This document shows positions 19,121 to 28,255 of a DNA stretch of 58,423 nucleotides, in pieces. The notes beneath the pieces were generated by a model, which worked only from the letters and a program-made list of their open reading frames with translations, ran no database searches and was not told where the DNA came from. The stretch's first letter is position 1. Each line of letters opens with the position of its first letter. Location: the sequence record SRR22947725_2316, one strand, 5' to 3'. Made by a program: the position numbers and the translations under genes.

Positions 19121-20127
19121 GCACCAGAGTCACCGCACTCGCGCCCACTGATCGGTCTCACTCCGTTCTGGGCTCCGGGGCAACCGAGAAAGCCCTGACC
19201 ACCTTCCTCAATGGCATCCCCGGTGTTGACACCGTCGGCGCAGAGGCTCGAGCAGCAGGCTTTGCGACCCGGTCGATCAAGACCACCTCGAAGATGGCCG
19301 GTCTTGACATGATCATGTCGATGGTGGACTTGACGACGTTGGAGGGTGCGGACACCCGTGGCAAGGTCCACACGCTTGCCCAGAAAGCAACTCTCCCCGA
19401 CCCTTTCGACCCCACAGCCCCGTCGGTGGCAGCGGTGTGTGTCTATGGCGACAAGGTGGCTGAAGTCAGAGAATCACTAGGTTCTTGGCATATTTCACAC
19501 CGAGCGGATGGAATTGCCGTCGCAGCCGTGGCTACAGCGTTCCCGAGCGGTCGGGCTAGCTTGCCCGTCAAGATTTTGGATACCGAATATGCCGTGTCTG
19601 AAGGTGCGGATGAAATCGACATGGTGATCGACCGTGGCGCCTTCCTCTCGGGCTCCTGGGGCTTGGTTTATGACCAGATTGTGGCGGTCAAGGAAGCGTG
19701 CAGGCGAGGAGATGGCAGCTACGCCCACCTCAAGGTCATTTTGGAAACCGGCGAACTTGCCACCCTTGATAACGTCCGTCGAGCCAGCTGGTTGGCGATA
19801 CTTGCCGGTGCTGATTTCATCAAAACCTCCACCGGAAAAGTTGCGCCCGCGGCAACCTTGCCGGTGACGGTGACCATGCTCGAAGTGATCCGCGATTGGT
19901 ATGCGATGACGGGCGAAAAGATCGGCATGAAACCTGCCGGCGGAATCAAGGCGAGCAAAGATGCGCTGCGGTATTTGGTGGCGGTTGCCGAGACAGTCGG
20001 TGAAGACTGGCTCACGCCGGACCTCTTCCGCTTTGGTGCTTCCAGTTTGCTCAATGACGTAGTGATGCAAAGACAAAAGATGCGAAACGGTCACTACAGT
20101 GGCCCCGATTATGTGAGTGTGGACTAG
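19117..20127 (+). CDS. deoC: Deoxyribose-phosphate aldolase
   Basis: DLTTLEGADT, GADEIDMVI, LKVILETGEL, DFIKTSTGK, KPAGGI, RFGASSLL. Confidence 0.96.
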   Translation: MSTRVTALAPTDRSHSVLGSGATEKALTTFLNGIPGVDTVGAEARAAGFATRSIKTTSKMAGLDMIMSMVDLTTLEGADTRGKVHTLAQKATLPDPFDPTAPSVAAVCVYGDKVAEVRESLGSWHISHRADGIAVAAVATAFPSGRASLPVKILDTEYAVSEGADEIDMVIDRGAFLSGSWGLVYDQIVAVKEACRRGDGSYAHLKVILETGELATLDNVRRASWLAILAGADFIKTSTGKVAPAATLPVTVTMLEVIRDWYAMTGEKIGMKPAGGIKASKDALRYLVAVAETVGEDWLTPDLFRFGASSLLNDVVMQRQKMRNGHYSGPDYVSVD

Positions 20128-20129
20128 AT

Positions 20130-21587
20130 ATGACGTTTTTGGATTATGCCCCAGCGCCAGAATCGACCTCGATTCTGAAACTCAAGCCCTCCTACGGGCT
20201 CTTCATCGGCGGGAAATTTGTTGACTCCAGCGGGTCAACCTTCGACACCATTTCACCCTCCACCGAGAAGAAAATCACCACTGTTTCTCAGGCCACGGAG
20301 GACGATGTTGACCGCGCGGTGAAGGCAGCCCGAGCGGCCTATGACAAGACGTGGTCAAAAATGTCGGGGAGCGAGCGGGGAAAGTACCTGTTCCGGATCG
20401 CCCGGATCATTCAAGAACGGTCTCGCGAACTTGCGGTTGCCGAAACCCTCGACAACGGCAAGCCCATTCGCGAAACCCGTGATGTGGATCTCCCTCTGGT
20501 GGCAGCGTGGTTCTTTTACTACGCAGGCTGGGCCGACAAGCTCGAATATGCAGGGCTTGGACCCAACCCGCAGGCGCTAGGGGTTGCCGCGCAGATTGTG
20601 CCGTGGAATTTCCCGTTGCTGATGCTGGCGTGGAAGATTGCGCCGGCACTCGCTGCGGGAAATACGGTGGTCTTGAAACCAGCGGAAACAACGCCGTTGA
20701 CCGCACTGTTGTTTGCCGAAATCTGTCAGCAGGCTGGCCTGCCTGAGGGAGTAGTAAACATCATCACTGGTGCCGGCGCAACGGGTGCTGCTTTGGTGTC
20801 CCACCCGGGCATCAACAAGCTTGCGTTCACCGGGTCCACTCCGGTCGGGCGTCAGATTGCATCCACACTGGCCGGGACAGGAACGAAAGTTACCCTGGAA
20901 TTGGGGGGCAAGGGCGCCAACATTATCTTTGATGATGCCGCAATCGACCAAGCGATCGAAGGAATTGTCAGCGGAATCTTCTTCAACCAGGGCCATGTCT
21001 GTTGCGCGGGATCGCGGCTGCTGGTGCAAGAAAACATTCACGATGATGTCGTTCACCGACTCCAGAAGCGCCTGTCCACCCTGCGCTTAGGTGACCCGCT
21101 CGATAAGAACACGGACATTGGCGCTGTTAATTCCAAGGCCCAGCTCGAACGGATCACGGAATTGGTCGGTAGCGGCGAGGGCGAGGGTGCAACGAGGTGG
21201 ACCTCCGCGTGTGCGATTCCTGAAAAGGGTTTCTGGTTTGCCCCAACGGTGTTTACCGATGTGCACACCAGCCACCGCATTGCCCGCGAAGAGATCTTTG
21301 GACCTGTTCTCTCAGTGATGACCTTCCGCACCCCCGAGGAGGCTGTTGCGAAAGCGAACAACACCCCCTACGGATTGAGTGCCGGAATCTGGACGGAGAA
21401 AGCATCGCGCATGCTGGCCATTGCGGACAAGCTTCGCGCCGGTGTGATTTGGGCCAACACGTTCAACAAGTTTGACCCCGCCAGCCCCTTTGGTGGATAC
21501 CAAGAATCGGGTTACGGACGCGAAGGAGGCCGTCACGGTCTCGCCGCATACCTGAGCCCCAGCGATCAGAAAGCAGGGGGAAAATAA
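20130..21587 (+). CDS. Aldehyde dehydrogenase (catalytic chain)
   Basis: PWNFPL, KPAETTP, FTGST, LELGGK, catalytic Cys in QGHVCCAGSR, EEIFGP, PFGG. Confidence 0.95.
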   Translation: MTFLDYAPAPESTSILKLKPSYGLFIGGKFVDSSGSTFDTISPSTEKKITTVSQATEDDVDRAVKAARAAYDKTWSKMSGSERGKYLFRIARIIQERSRELAVAETLDNGKPIRETRDVDLPLVAAWFFYYAGWADKLEYAGLGPNPQALGVAAQIVPWNFPLLMLAWKIAPALAAGNTVVLKPAETTPLTALLFAEICQQAGLPEGVVNIITGAGATGAALVSHPGINKLAFTGSTPVGRQIASTLAGTGTKVTLELGGKGANIIFDDAAIDQAIEGIVSGIFFNQGHVCCAGSRLLVQENIHDDVVHRLQKRLSTLRLGDPLDKNTDIGAVNSKAQLERITELVGSGEGEGATRWTSACAIPEKGFWFAPTVFTDVHTSHRIAREEIFGPVLSVMTFRTPEEAVAKANNTPYGLSAGIWTEKASRMLAIADKLRAGVIWANTFNKFDPASPFGGYQESGYGREGGRHGLAAYLSPSDQKAGGK

Positions 21588-22450
21588 TGGCCAGACTCGG
21601 TGTTCCCAAGACCTACAAGCTCTACATCGGGGGAAAATTTCCTCGCTCAGAGAGTGGACACACTTTTGAGGCGAAGACCCCTAAGGGAGAGTTTTTAGCC
21701 AACGCAGCATTGGCAAGCCGAAAAGATGCCAGGGACGCCGTTGTGGCAGCACGGGCCGCGTTCCCCGGGTTCGCAGGGCTCACCGCGTATAACCGCGGCC
21801 AGATTCTTTATCGAATCGCCGAGGTGCTGGAGGGCCGACGAGATCAATTTGTGGCGGAGATTCGCGAAAGCGAAGGTGTCAGCTCTAGGGCTGCGGGCAC
21901 CCAGGTTGACGCCGCCATTGACACGTGGGTCTGGTATGCCGGTTTTGCGGATAAGTACGCTCAGATAGCCGGAAACGGTAACCCCGTGTCAGGTCCCTAC
22001 TTCAACCTCTCCACGCCCGACCCCACCGGGGTCGTAGTGGCCCTAGCTCCACAGGGGGCAACAGGAGAAAGCCTGTTGGGGCTTAGTGCTGTTCTTGCCC
22101 CCATCATCACCAGCGGTAACACCGCGGTCATCCTGTCGCACTTTTCTCAACCGCTATCAGCGATGAGTTTTGCCGAAGTGCTGGCCACCAGCGATGTTCC
22201 AGGCGGTGTCGTCAATATCCTGACCGGTGACCCGTCTGCGATTATGCCGTGGATGGCTTCTCACGCTGACGTCAATGCTCTGGATCTCGCCGGCGGTGGT
22301 GGTTATGAGGCTCTCGGGTGGGAGCAAGCTGCCGCCGAAACGCTCAAGCGTGTCTCCGCTCCGAGGGAGGGCATCCCTGCACCGGGATTGGGTCGGATCA
22401 CTGCGTTTGTCGAGATCAAGACCGTGTGGCATACCAAGGCACTGGGTTAG
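21587..22450 (+). CDS. Truncated aldehyde dehydrogenase-family protein (Rossmann and oligomerisation parts, no catalytic domain)
   Basis: KTYKLYIGGKFPRSESG, WYAGFADKY, GVVNILTG, KTVWH; lacks ELGGK and the catalytic Cys; TAATG overlap with the previous gene. Confidence 0.85.
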   Translation: MARLGVPKTYKLYIGGKFPRSESGHTFEAKTPKGEFLANAALASRKDARDAVVAARAAFPGFAGLTAYNRGQILYRIAEVLEGRRDQFVAEIRESEGVSSRAAGTQVDAAIDTWVWYAGFADKYAQIAGNGNPVSGPYFNLSTPDPTGVVVALAPQGATGESLLGLSAVLAPIITSGNTAVILSHFSQPLSAMSFAEVLATSDVPGGVVNILTGDPSAIMPWMASHADVNALDLAGGGGYEALGWEQAAAETLKRVSAPREGIPAPGLGRITAFVEIKTVWHTKALG

Positions 22451-23326
22451 ATGATTTCGGGGATAGCCCTGGTTGATAAAGAGCTGGGTGTTTCCTCCCA
22501 CCATGTCGTCGCTCAAGCAAGACGAGCGCTGGGGACCAAAAAGATCGGCCACGCGGGAACTCTTGACCCCGCAGCAACCGGACTGCTCGTATTGGGGGTC
22601 GGGCCGGGAACACGGTTATTGACCTTTATTGTGGGGGCCGACAAGACCTATCGGGCCACTATGCGTTTGGGCTATGCGACCACGACAGATGACGCAGAAG
22701 GCGAGGCGTTGGAGGCACAAGGAAATCTTTCTCTCTGCACTCCGGAAGCCATCGCCCAGGCGGCCGCGGGCTTCACGGGCGTGATTGAGCAGGTTCCTTC
22801 AAGCTTTAGCGCTATCAAGGTGGATGGAAAAAGGGCCTACGCGCTGGCGCGGGAAGGCAAGGAAGTTACCCTCAAAGCCCGGCAAGTGACCGTTCATTCC
22901 CTGACGGTCGGCCACAGCGTCGCGGGGCAAGGTTTCATCGATGTCGAGCTGGTGGTGGAGTGTTCTTCGGGGACCTATATCCGGGCGTTGGCCCGCGATA
23001 TCGGTGCCGTATTGGGGGTGGGCGGTCACTTGGTGGCCCTGACCCGAGACCGGATAGGTCCTTTTAGCGTTGAGTCAGCACCGCGCGCCGAGGATTTGAC
23101 CGAGGCGTCGCTGCTCAGCCTGGCCGAGGTGGCCCGCAAAATTATGCCCGTGGTGAAGGTTGACGTCGATAAAGCCGATGATTTGCGACACGGCCGCGCC
23201 GTTGACGCCGAGTCCTGGCCTGCTGATCAACCTCTGGCTGCGCTGGAAGAAGAATCGGGTGAACTTGTTGCTGTGGTCGAGTCCCGTGCAGGTGCAAGCC
23301 GTATCCTGATGGGCGTAGCCAGCTAA
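22451..23326 (+). CDS. truB: tRNA pseudouridine(55) synthase
   Basis: KIGHAGTLDPAATG, SAIKVDGKRAY, CSSGTYIRALARD. Confidence 0.96.
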   Translation: MISGIALVDKELGVSSHHVVAQARRALGTKKIGHAGTLDPAATGLLVLGVGPGTRLLTFIVGADKTYRATMRLGYATTTDDAEGEALEAQGNLSLCTPEAIAQAAAGFTGVIEQVPSSFSAIKVDGKRAYALAREGKEVTLKARQVTVHSLTVGHSVAGQGFIDVELVVECSSGTYIRALARDIGAVLGVGGHLVALTRDRIGPFSVESAPRAEDLTEASLLSLAEVARKIMPVVKVDVDKADDLRHGRAVDAESWPADQPLAALEEESGELVAVVESRAGASRILMGVAS

Positions 23327-23339
23327 GCAGGAGTAATTC

Positions 23340-23708
23340 GTGATCGAATGGTTTGTGTGGGCACAAGTAGTCCTTGCCGCGGGCGCTGGGGTCAGCGCCG
23401 TGGTGTTCGCCATTCTCGGCAAAACCCCGAATGATTTCACACTGGGGCCGGTGACCGTGGTGTTGCTGCTTTTGGTGGTGCAGTTGGGGATGGGAGCCTT
23501 TGCGCCCGCGCTGGGGAATTCCCCCACTGGTTCGCTGCTGGAATGGTGGATGTATGGCGTCACAGCGGTTCTGATGGTTCCTGCCGCCATGGTCTGGGCA
23601 CTCGTGGAGCGCTCAGTCATGTCGAATGTCGTGTTGGGTCTTCTCGCTGGCACCGTCGCTGTGATGTTGACCAGAATGCACACCATCTGGTTTATCAATG
23701 TCTCCTAG
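23340..23708 (+). CDS. Conserved actinobacterial small integral membrane protein
   Basis: Four hydrophobic segments; AGGAG RBS; overlaps hemW start. Confidence 0.75.
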   Translation: MIEWFVWAQVVLAAGAGVSAVVFAILGKTPNDFTLGPVTVVLLLLVVQLGMGAFAPALGNSPTGSLLEWWMYGVTAVLMVPAAMVWALVERSVMSNVVLGLLAGTVAVMLTRMHTIWFINVS

Positions 23709-24921
23709 CCCTCTTCCCGATGGGGACATTGCGCCCCGAGATGGGCTGCTTCCCCCCTCTGTGGCACGGGGCGCGCAGCAGCGAGCCTTTGGCCTCTACA
23801 TCCACGTCCCTTTTTGCGCGCATCGCTGTGGCTATTGTGATTTCAACACTTACACCGCGGAGGAACATCGTGGTGTCTCGAGGGATTCCTATCCTGACCA
23901 CGCCAAAGCCGAAATGGTTCTCGCGGCGCGGGTGATGAAAGAAACCGGTATTGCGCCGAGAAAACTTAACACCGTGTTCTTTGGCGGGGGAACCCCAACG
24001 CTCTTGGGACCTAAACCCCTGGTCGAACTTCTCCAGCAGGCAAGGGACACCTGGGGCGTGGCGGACGGCGCAGATGTGACAGTCGAAGCCAACCCGGACA
24101 GCGTCACCGGTGAAGAATTGCAGGCTTTGGCCGACGGGGGCTTCACTCGAGTGTCCTTCGGGGTGCAATCGGCGAACACTTCGGTATTGGCAGTACTGGA
24201 TCGAACCCATGACCCTGAAGTGGTCCCTCTTCGAGTGAAGGAAGCCAGGGATGCGGGTCTCGCGGTGTCCTTAGACCTCATTTACGGTTCGCCCGGAGAA
24301 ACGCTTGAGATGTGGGAAGAAACGCTGAGCTTCGCGGTGGCCTTAGAGCCCGATCATCTCTCGGCCTACGCCTTGATTGTGGAACCTGGAACAGCACTCG
24401 CTCGACGGATAAGCCGCGGTGAATTGGCGAGCCCCGATGATGACACTCATGCCGACATGTATCTTGCAACGGAATCACTGCTGAGTGCTGCGGGCTACGG
24501 CTGGTATGAAATTAGCAACTGGGCTCGAAGCCGCGAGCAGGAATCCCAACACAACCGCAGCTACTGGAATTCCAGTGATTGGTGGGGAGTTGGGCCCGGC
24601 GCCCACTCCCACGTGGGCGGGGTGCGCTGGTGGAATGTGAAACACCCCGCGGCGTATGCCGATCGTGTGGGGGCGGGTGCGTCCCCGGCCCATTCGCGGG
24701 AAATTTTGACCGCACACGACCAGGCGGTGGAGAAAGTGCTGCTGGGGATCCGCATGCGCGAGGGAATTTCCCAGGACGATGTTGCAGAGGGCACCTCTGG
24801 GTTTATCGCCCAAGCCATTGGCAGCGGTTTGCTCGAGGGTAAGGCGGCGCTTGCGGGGAGGTTGGTCCTCACTCTTCAGGGCCGACTGGTGGCGGATTAT
24901 CTTGCCCGGGAGCTCACCTGA
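23698..24921 (+). CDS. hemW: Radical SAM heme chaperone HemW
   Basis: LYIHVPFCAHRCGYCDF, FGGGTP, YEISNW, HNRSYW; upstream of hrcA. Confidence 0.93.
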   Translation: MSPSPLPDGDIAPRDGLLPPSVARGAQQRAFGLYIHVPFCAHRCGYCDFNTYTAEEHRGVSRDSYPDHAKAEMVLAARVMKETGIAPRKLNTVFFGGGTPTLLGPKPLVELLQQARDTWGVADGADVTVEANPDSVTGEELQALADGGFTRVSFGVQSANTSVLAVLDRTHDPEVVPLRVKEARDAGLAVSLDLIYGSPGETLEMWEETLSFAVALEPDHLSAYALIVEPGTALARRISRGELASPDDDTHADMYLATESLLSAAGYGWYEISNWARSREQESQHNRSYWNSSDWWGVGPGAHSHVGGVRWWNVKHPAAYADRVGAGASPAHSREILTAHDQAVEKVLLGIRMREGISQDDVAEGTSGFIAQAIGSGLLEGKAALAGRLVLTLQGRLVADYLARELT

Positions 24922-24949
24922 GTCACTCCCAGAGTCTTCCTCGATACAA

Positions 24950-24976
24950 TTAGCAATCACCCGCAGAGACTGCTAA
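24950..24976 (+). promoter_or_regulatory. CIRCE element (HrcA operator)
   Basis: TTAGCAATC-N9-GACTGCTAA versus consensus TTAGCACTC-N9-GAGTGCTAA, directly after -10 TACAAT and before hrcA. Confidence 0.88.
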
Positions 24977-24993
24977 CGAGGAGGCCGGTCACC

Positions 24994-26028
24994 ATGGTGT
25001 CTCAACGCGCCCTCGACGTCTTGAAGGTCATCGTCCAGGATTATGTCGACTCTAAAGAACCGGTGGGGTCAAAATCGATCGCGGATCGACATGGTTTTGG
25101 TGTGTCGGCGGCCACCATCCGCAATGACATGGCGTTGTTGGAGGAAGAAGACCTCATCAGCGCCCCCCACACCTCTGCCGGTCGGGTCCCGACCGACAAG
25201 GGTTATCGAATGTTTGTGGATCAGCTGGCAGGAGTTCGGCCACTGTCCCTGGGCCAACGAAACGCCATAGAACTGTTTTTGCAGGAATCTGCAGACCTCG
25301 ATGACACCCTCGGTCGAACCGTGCGTCTACTTTCCCAACTGACCAACCAGGTCGCTATTTTGCAATATCCGACTCTCAGCGTTGCCCTCGTGCGTCATGT
25401 TGAATTACTTCCCCTGGGTGCCCACAAACTCATGACCGTCTTGATTACCGATAGCGGTTCGGTTGACCAGAACATTCTCGAATGCCCCCGCGACATTGAC
25501 GAGGTTGTCATTGCCGAGCTTCGTGCACAGCTCAACCAGTTGCTGGTGGGCAAGGAGATGGCAGAGGTGGTGGGTGTCCTCCAGGCCCTGCCAGGATTGG
25601 TTTCCCCCGATCGAGCTCCGCTGGTGGCCGGCATTGTGGAGGCTCTCTCCCATGCCGTCGAAGGCCATCGCACCGATCGGCTAGTGATGGCGGGTGCTGC
25701 CAATTTGGTCCGTGGCGAAGGTGATTTTTCCAGCAGCGTCTACCCCGTCTTGGAAGCCATTGAAGAGCAGGTCACGCTGCTCAAGCTTTTCACCGAAATG
25801 CACTGGGACACCTCGGACGTCCAGGCGAGAATCGGCCGCGAGAACGAAGGGGCGCTTTCTGAAGTAGCCATTTTGGCTTCGGCATACCAATCGGGTGGCG
25901 AATCCAGCGCCACTTTGGGGGTCGTGGGCCCCACCCGGATGGATTATTCCAACAACATGGCGGCCGTTCGTGCAGTCGCAGGCTATTTGTCCAGACTTTT
26001 GGGTGAAGACGATAAGGAAAGAGCTTAA
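24994..26028 (+). CDS. hrcA: Heat-inducible transcription repressor
   Basis: EPVGSK, SAATIRNDM, PHTSAGRVPTDKGYR, VVGPTRMDY. Confidence 0.97.
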   Translation: MVSQRALDVLKVIVQDYVDSKEPVGSKSIADRHGFGVSAATIRNDMALLEEEDLISAPHTSAGRVPTDKGYRMFVDQLAGVRPLSLGQRNAIELFLQESADLDDTLGRTVRLLSQLTNQVAILQYPTLSVALVRHVELLPLGAHKLMTVLITDSGSVDQNILECPRDIDEVVIAELRAQLNQLLVGKEMAEVVGVLQALPGLVSPDRAPLVAGIVEALSHAVEGHRTDRLVMAGAANLVRGEGDFSSSVYPVLEAIEEQVTLLKLFTEMHWDTSDVQARIGRENEGALSEVAILASAYQSGGESSATLGVVGPTRMDYSNNMAAVRAVAGYLSRLLGEDDKERA

Positions 26029-26031
26029 TCT

Positions 26032-27126
26032 GTGAGTGTTGACCACTACGAAGTACTGGGTGTGAGCAAGGATGCCGACGCGGAAACCATCAAAAAGTCC
26101 TATCGAAAGCTTGCCCGCGAGCTCCACCCCGATGTGAACGGCGAGCCTGGAGCGGAAGACCGTTTCAAGCAGGTGACCCACGCCTACGAGGTTCTCTCAG
26201 ACCCTGCGCAGCGCGCGTCCTACGACCGCGGTGGTGACCAAGGTTTTGGTGGTTTTGGACCTTTTGGCGATATTTTTGAAAACTTCTTTGGCGGAGGGGG
26301 ACAGCAGCAGGGGCCACGCTCTCGCAAGGAGCGCGGCCAAGATGCCCTGCTGCGCGTCGATGTTGACCTCAAAGATGTGATTTTTGGGGTGCAGCGGAGT
26401 ATTGAAATTGACACCGCTGTGGTGTGTGAAACCTGTGATGGGTCATGCGCCTCGCCCGGAAGCTCGCCCCGCTCGTGCGATATCTGTGGCGGATCCGGGT
26501 CGCTCAAGCGGACTGTGCGCTCTGTCCTTGGCAACATGGTCACCCAAAGCCCCTGTGGTAGTTGCCGTGGTTTTGGAGAGGTGATTGATAGCCCCTGTCC
26601 CACGTGCGCAGGTCAAGGCCGGGTGCGCGCCACGAGGGCGTTGTCGGTGGATATTCCCGGCGGAATCGAAACAGGACAGCGCATCCACCTTCCCGGACAG
26701 GGAGAAGTTGGCCACGGCGGTGGGCCAGCGGGAGATCTCTACTTGGAATTCACTATTCGTGGTGACTCAATTTACTCCCGCTCCGGCGACGACATTATCG
26801 CGACCCTAGAAATTGACGTGATCGATGCGATCGAAGGCCAGATGGTGACTCTCGAAGCACTCGATGGCGAAGTGTCGGTGACGGTAAAGCCAGGCGCACA
26901 AAGCGCTGATGTGATTACGGTGAAAAATCGCGGGGTGACGAAGTTGCGGGGTAATGGGCGCGGCGACCTGCGTTTTGGTCTTCACGTGATGACGCCCACC
27001 AAGCTTTCTTCCAAAGAGTCCGAGCTTGTGGCAAAGCTTCGAGAGCTCCGCAAGCCCGCCGCCCCGTCGCTGGCGGGTGCCCAACAGGGGATGTTCCATA
27101 AGTTCCGCGACCGGCTTTTTGGCTAA
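26032..27126 (+). CDS. dnaJ: Chaperone DnaJ (DnaJ2 type)
   Basis: J domain with HPD, G/F region, four CxxCxGxG repeats. Confidence 0.96.
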   Translation: MSVDHYEVLGVSKDADAETIKKSYRKLARELHPDVNGEPGAEDRFKQVTHAYEVLSDPAQRASYDRGGDQGFGGFGPFGDIFENFFGGGGQQQGPRSRKERGQDALLRVDVDLKDVIFGVQRSIEIDTAVVCETCDGSCASPGSSPRSCDICGGSGSLKRTVRSVLGNMVTQSPCGSCRGFGEVIDSPCPTCAGQGRVRATRALSVDIPGGIETGQRIHLPGQGEVGHGGGPAGDLYLEFTIRGDSIYSRSGDDIIATLEIDVIDAIEGQMVTLEALDGEVSVTVKPGAQSADVITVKNRGVTKLRGNGRGDLRFGLHVMTPTKLSSKESELVAKLRELRKPAAPSLAGAQQGMFHKFRDRLFG

Positions 27127-27861
27127 ATGGCTCATCTCTATTTAGCGGGTGCTGATGTGAGGCTTCACGTCGGCGACATCGCCGAGCTCGTCGGGGATGA
27201 GGCCCGTCATGCTGTCACGGTGGCTCGACTGGCCGTGGGTGAGTCGATTGCGCTGACCAATGGCCACGGAGCCATGGCGCAGTGCGTAGTGCTCGAGACG
27301 TCGCCAAAAAAAGTACTCGTTCGAGTCGAGAGTGTGGATCACATAGCCCCGCTGCGCCCCGAAGTGTGGTTGGTACAGGCCCTGGCCAAGGGAGACCGCG
27401 ATGAACGCGCGGTGGAAGCCTGCACAGAACTAGGGGTGGATCGAATTATTCCGTGGCAAGCAGCGCGCAGCATTTCGCGGTGGTCAGGCGAGAAAGAAAC
27501 AAAAGGGCTAGCGCGGTGGGGAAAGATTGCCGCCGAGGCCAGTAAACAATCGCTCCGCGCGTGGGTGCCCCAGGTTGCCCCGCTTGTCGGGTTGGCGCAA
27601 CTGTGCGACCTGGCCAGAACCCATCACATGATGCTTCTGGAGCCCAATGCCTCCGCGTCGCTGGCGCAGGGCCTGAAAGGCGCGAGTGGGCCTGTGGTCT
27701 TGGTCGTGGGCCCCGAGGGAGGAATCGCTCCATCCGAGCGAGAAGCACTCGAGGCCGCGGGAGCAGTGCTGGGGTCTGTAGGACCGATGGTGATGCGCAC
27801 CTCGAGTGCCGGGATGGCTGGCTTGGCCATCGCCAATCACGTCTTAGGACGCTGGGAATGA
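27127..27861 (+). CDS. rsmE: 16S rRNA m3U1498 methyltransferase
   Basis: EARHAVTVARL, TELGV, EASKQS, VGPEGG. Confidence 0.93.
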   Translation: MAHLYLAGADVRLHVGDIAELVGDEARHAVTVARLAVGESIALTNGHGAMAQCVVLETSPKKVLVRVESVDHIAPLRPEVWLVQALAKGDRDERAVEACTELGVDRIIPWQAARSISRWSGEKETKGLARWGKIAAEASKQSLRAWVPQVAPLVGLAQLCDLARTHHMMLLEPNASASLAQGLKGASGPVVLVVGPEGGIAPSEREALEAAGAVLGSVGPMVMRTSSAGMAGLAIANHVLGRWE

Positions 27862-27901
27862 GTCGCCGCGCGAGAAAACCCTCCGCTCTAGACTGGGGAC
27901 T

Positions 27902-28255
27902 ATGAGCACCGAGAACCCGTCCATTTTCTCGAAGATAATTTCTCGGGAAATCCCCGCAGATATTGTGGCGGAAACTGACACCTTGATCGCGTTCCGGGAT
28001 GTTGCGCCCCAGGCACCGGTACACCTTCTCGTTGTGCCCAAATCTGAGCAGTACGCCACGGTGTCCCAGCTTGCTGCTTCAGATCCGGGATTACTCGCCG
28101 AGATGGTCCTCATGGCGCAAAGTCTTGCCACCGAACATGCCCAGGGTGACTACCGATTGGTCTTCAATTCTGGTGAGCGAGCCGGTCAAACGGTTTTTCA
28201 TGTTCATGCCCACGTGTTAGCGGGGACCCTGGAAGAGGGCACTCTTGCCGGCTAA
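27902..28255 (+). CDS. HIT family nucleotide-binding protein (HinT-like)
   Basis: SIFSKII, PQAPVHLLVVPK, GQTVFHVHAHVL. Confidence 0.93.
   Translation: MSTENPSIFSKIISREIPADIVAETDTLIAFRDVAPQAPVHLLVVPKSEQYATVSQLAASDPGLLAEMVLMAQSLATEHAQGDYRLVFNSGERAGQTVFHVHAHVLAGTLEEGTLAG

Noticed and set aside
21587..22450. ALDH pseudogene
   Set aside because: Intact ORF with RBS, coupled start and a proper ALDH-like C-terminal strand; better explained as a structural subunit.
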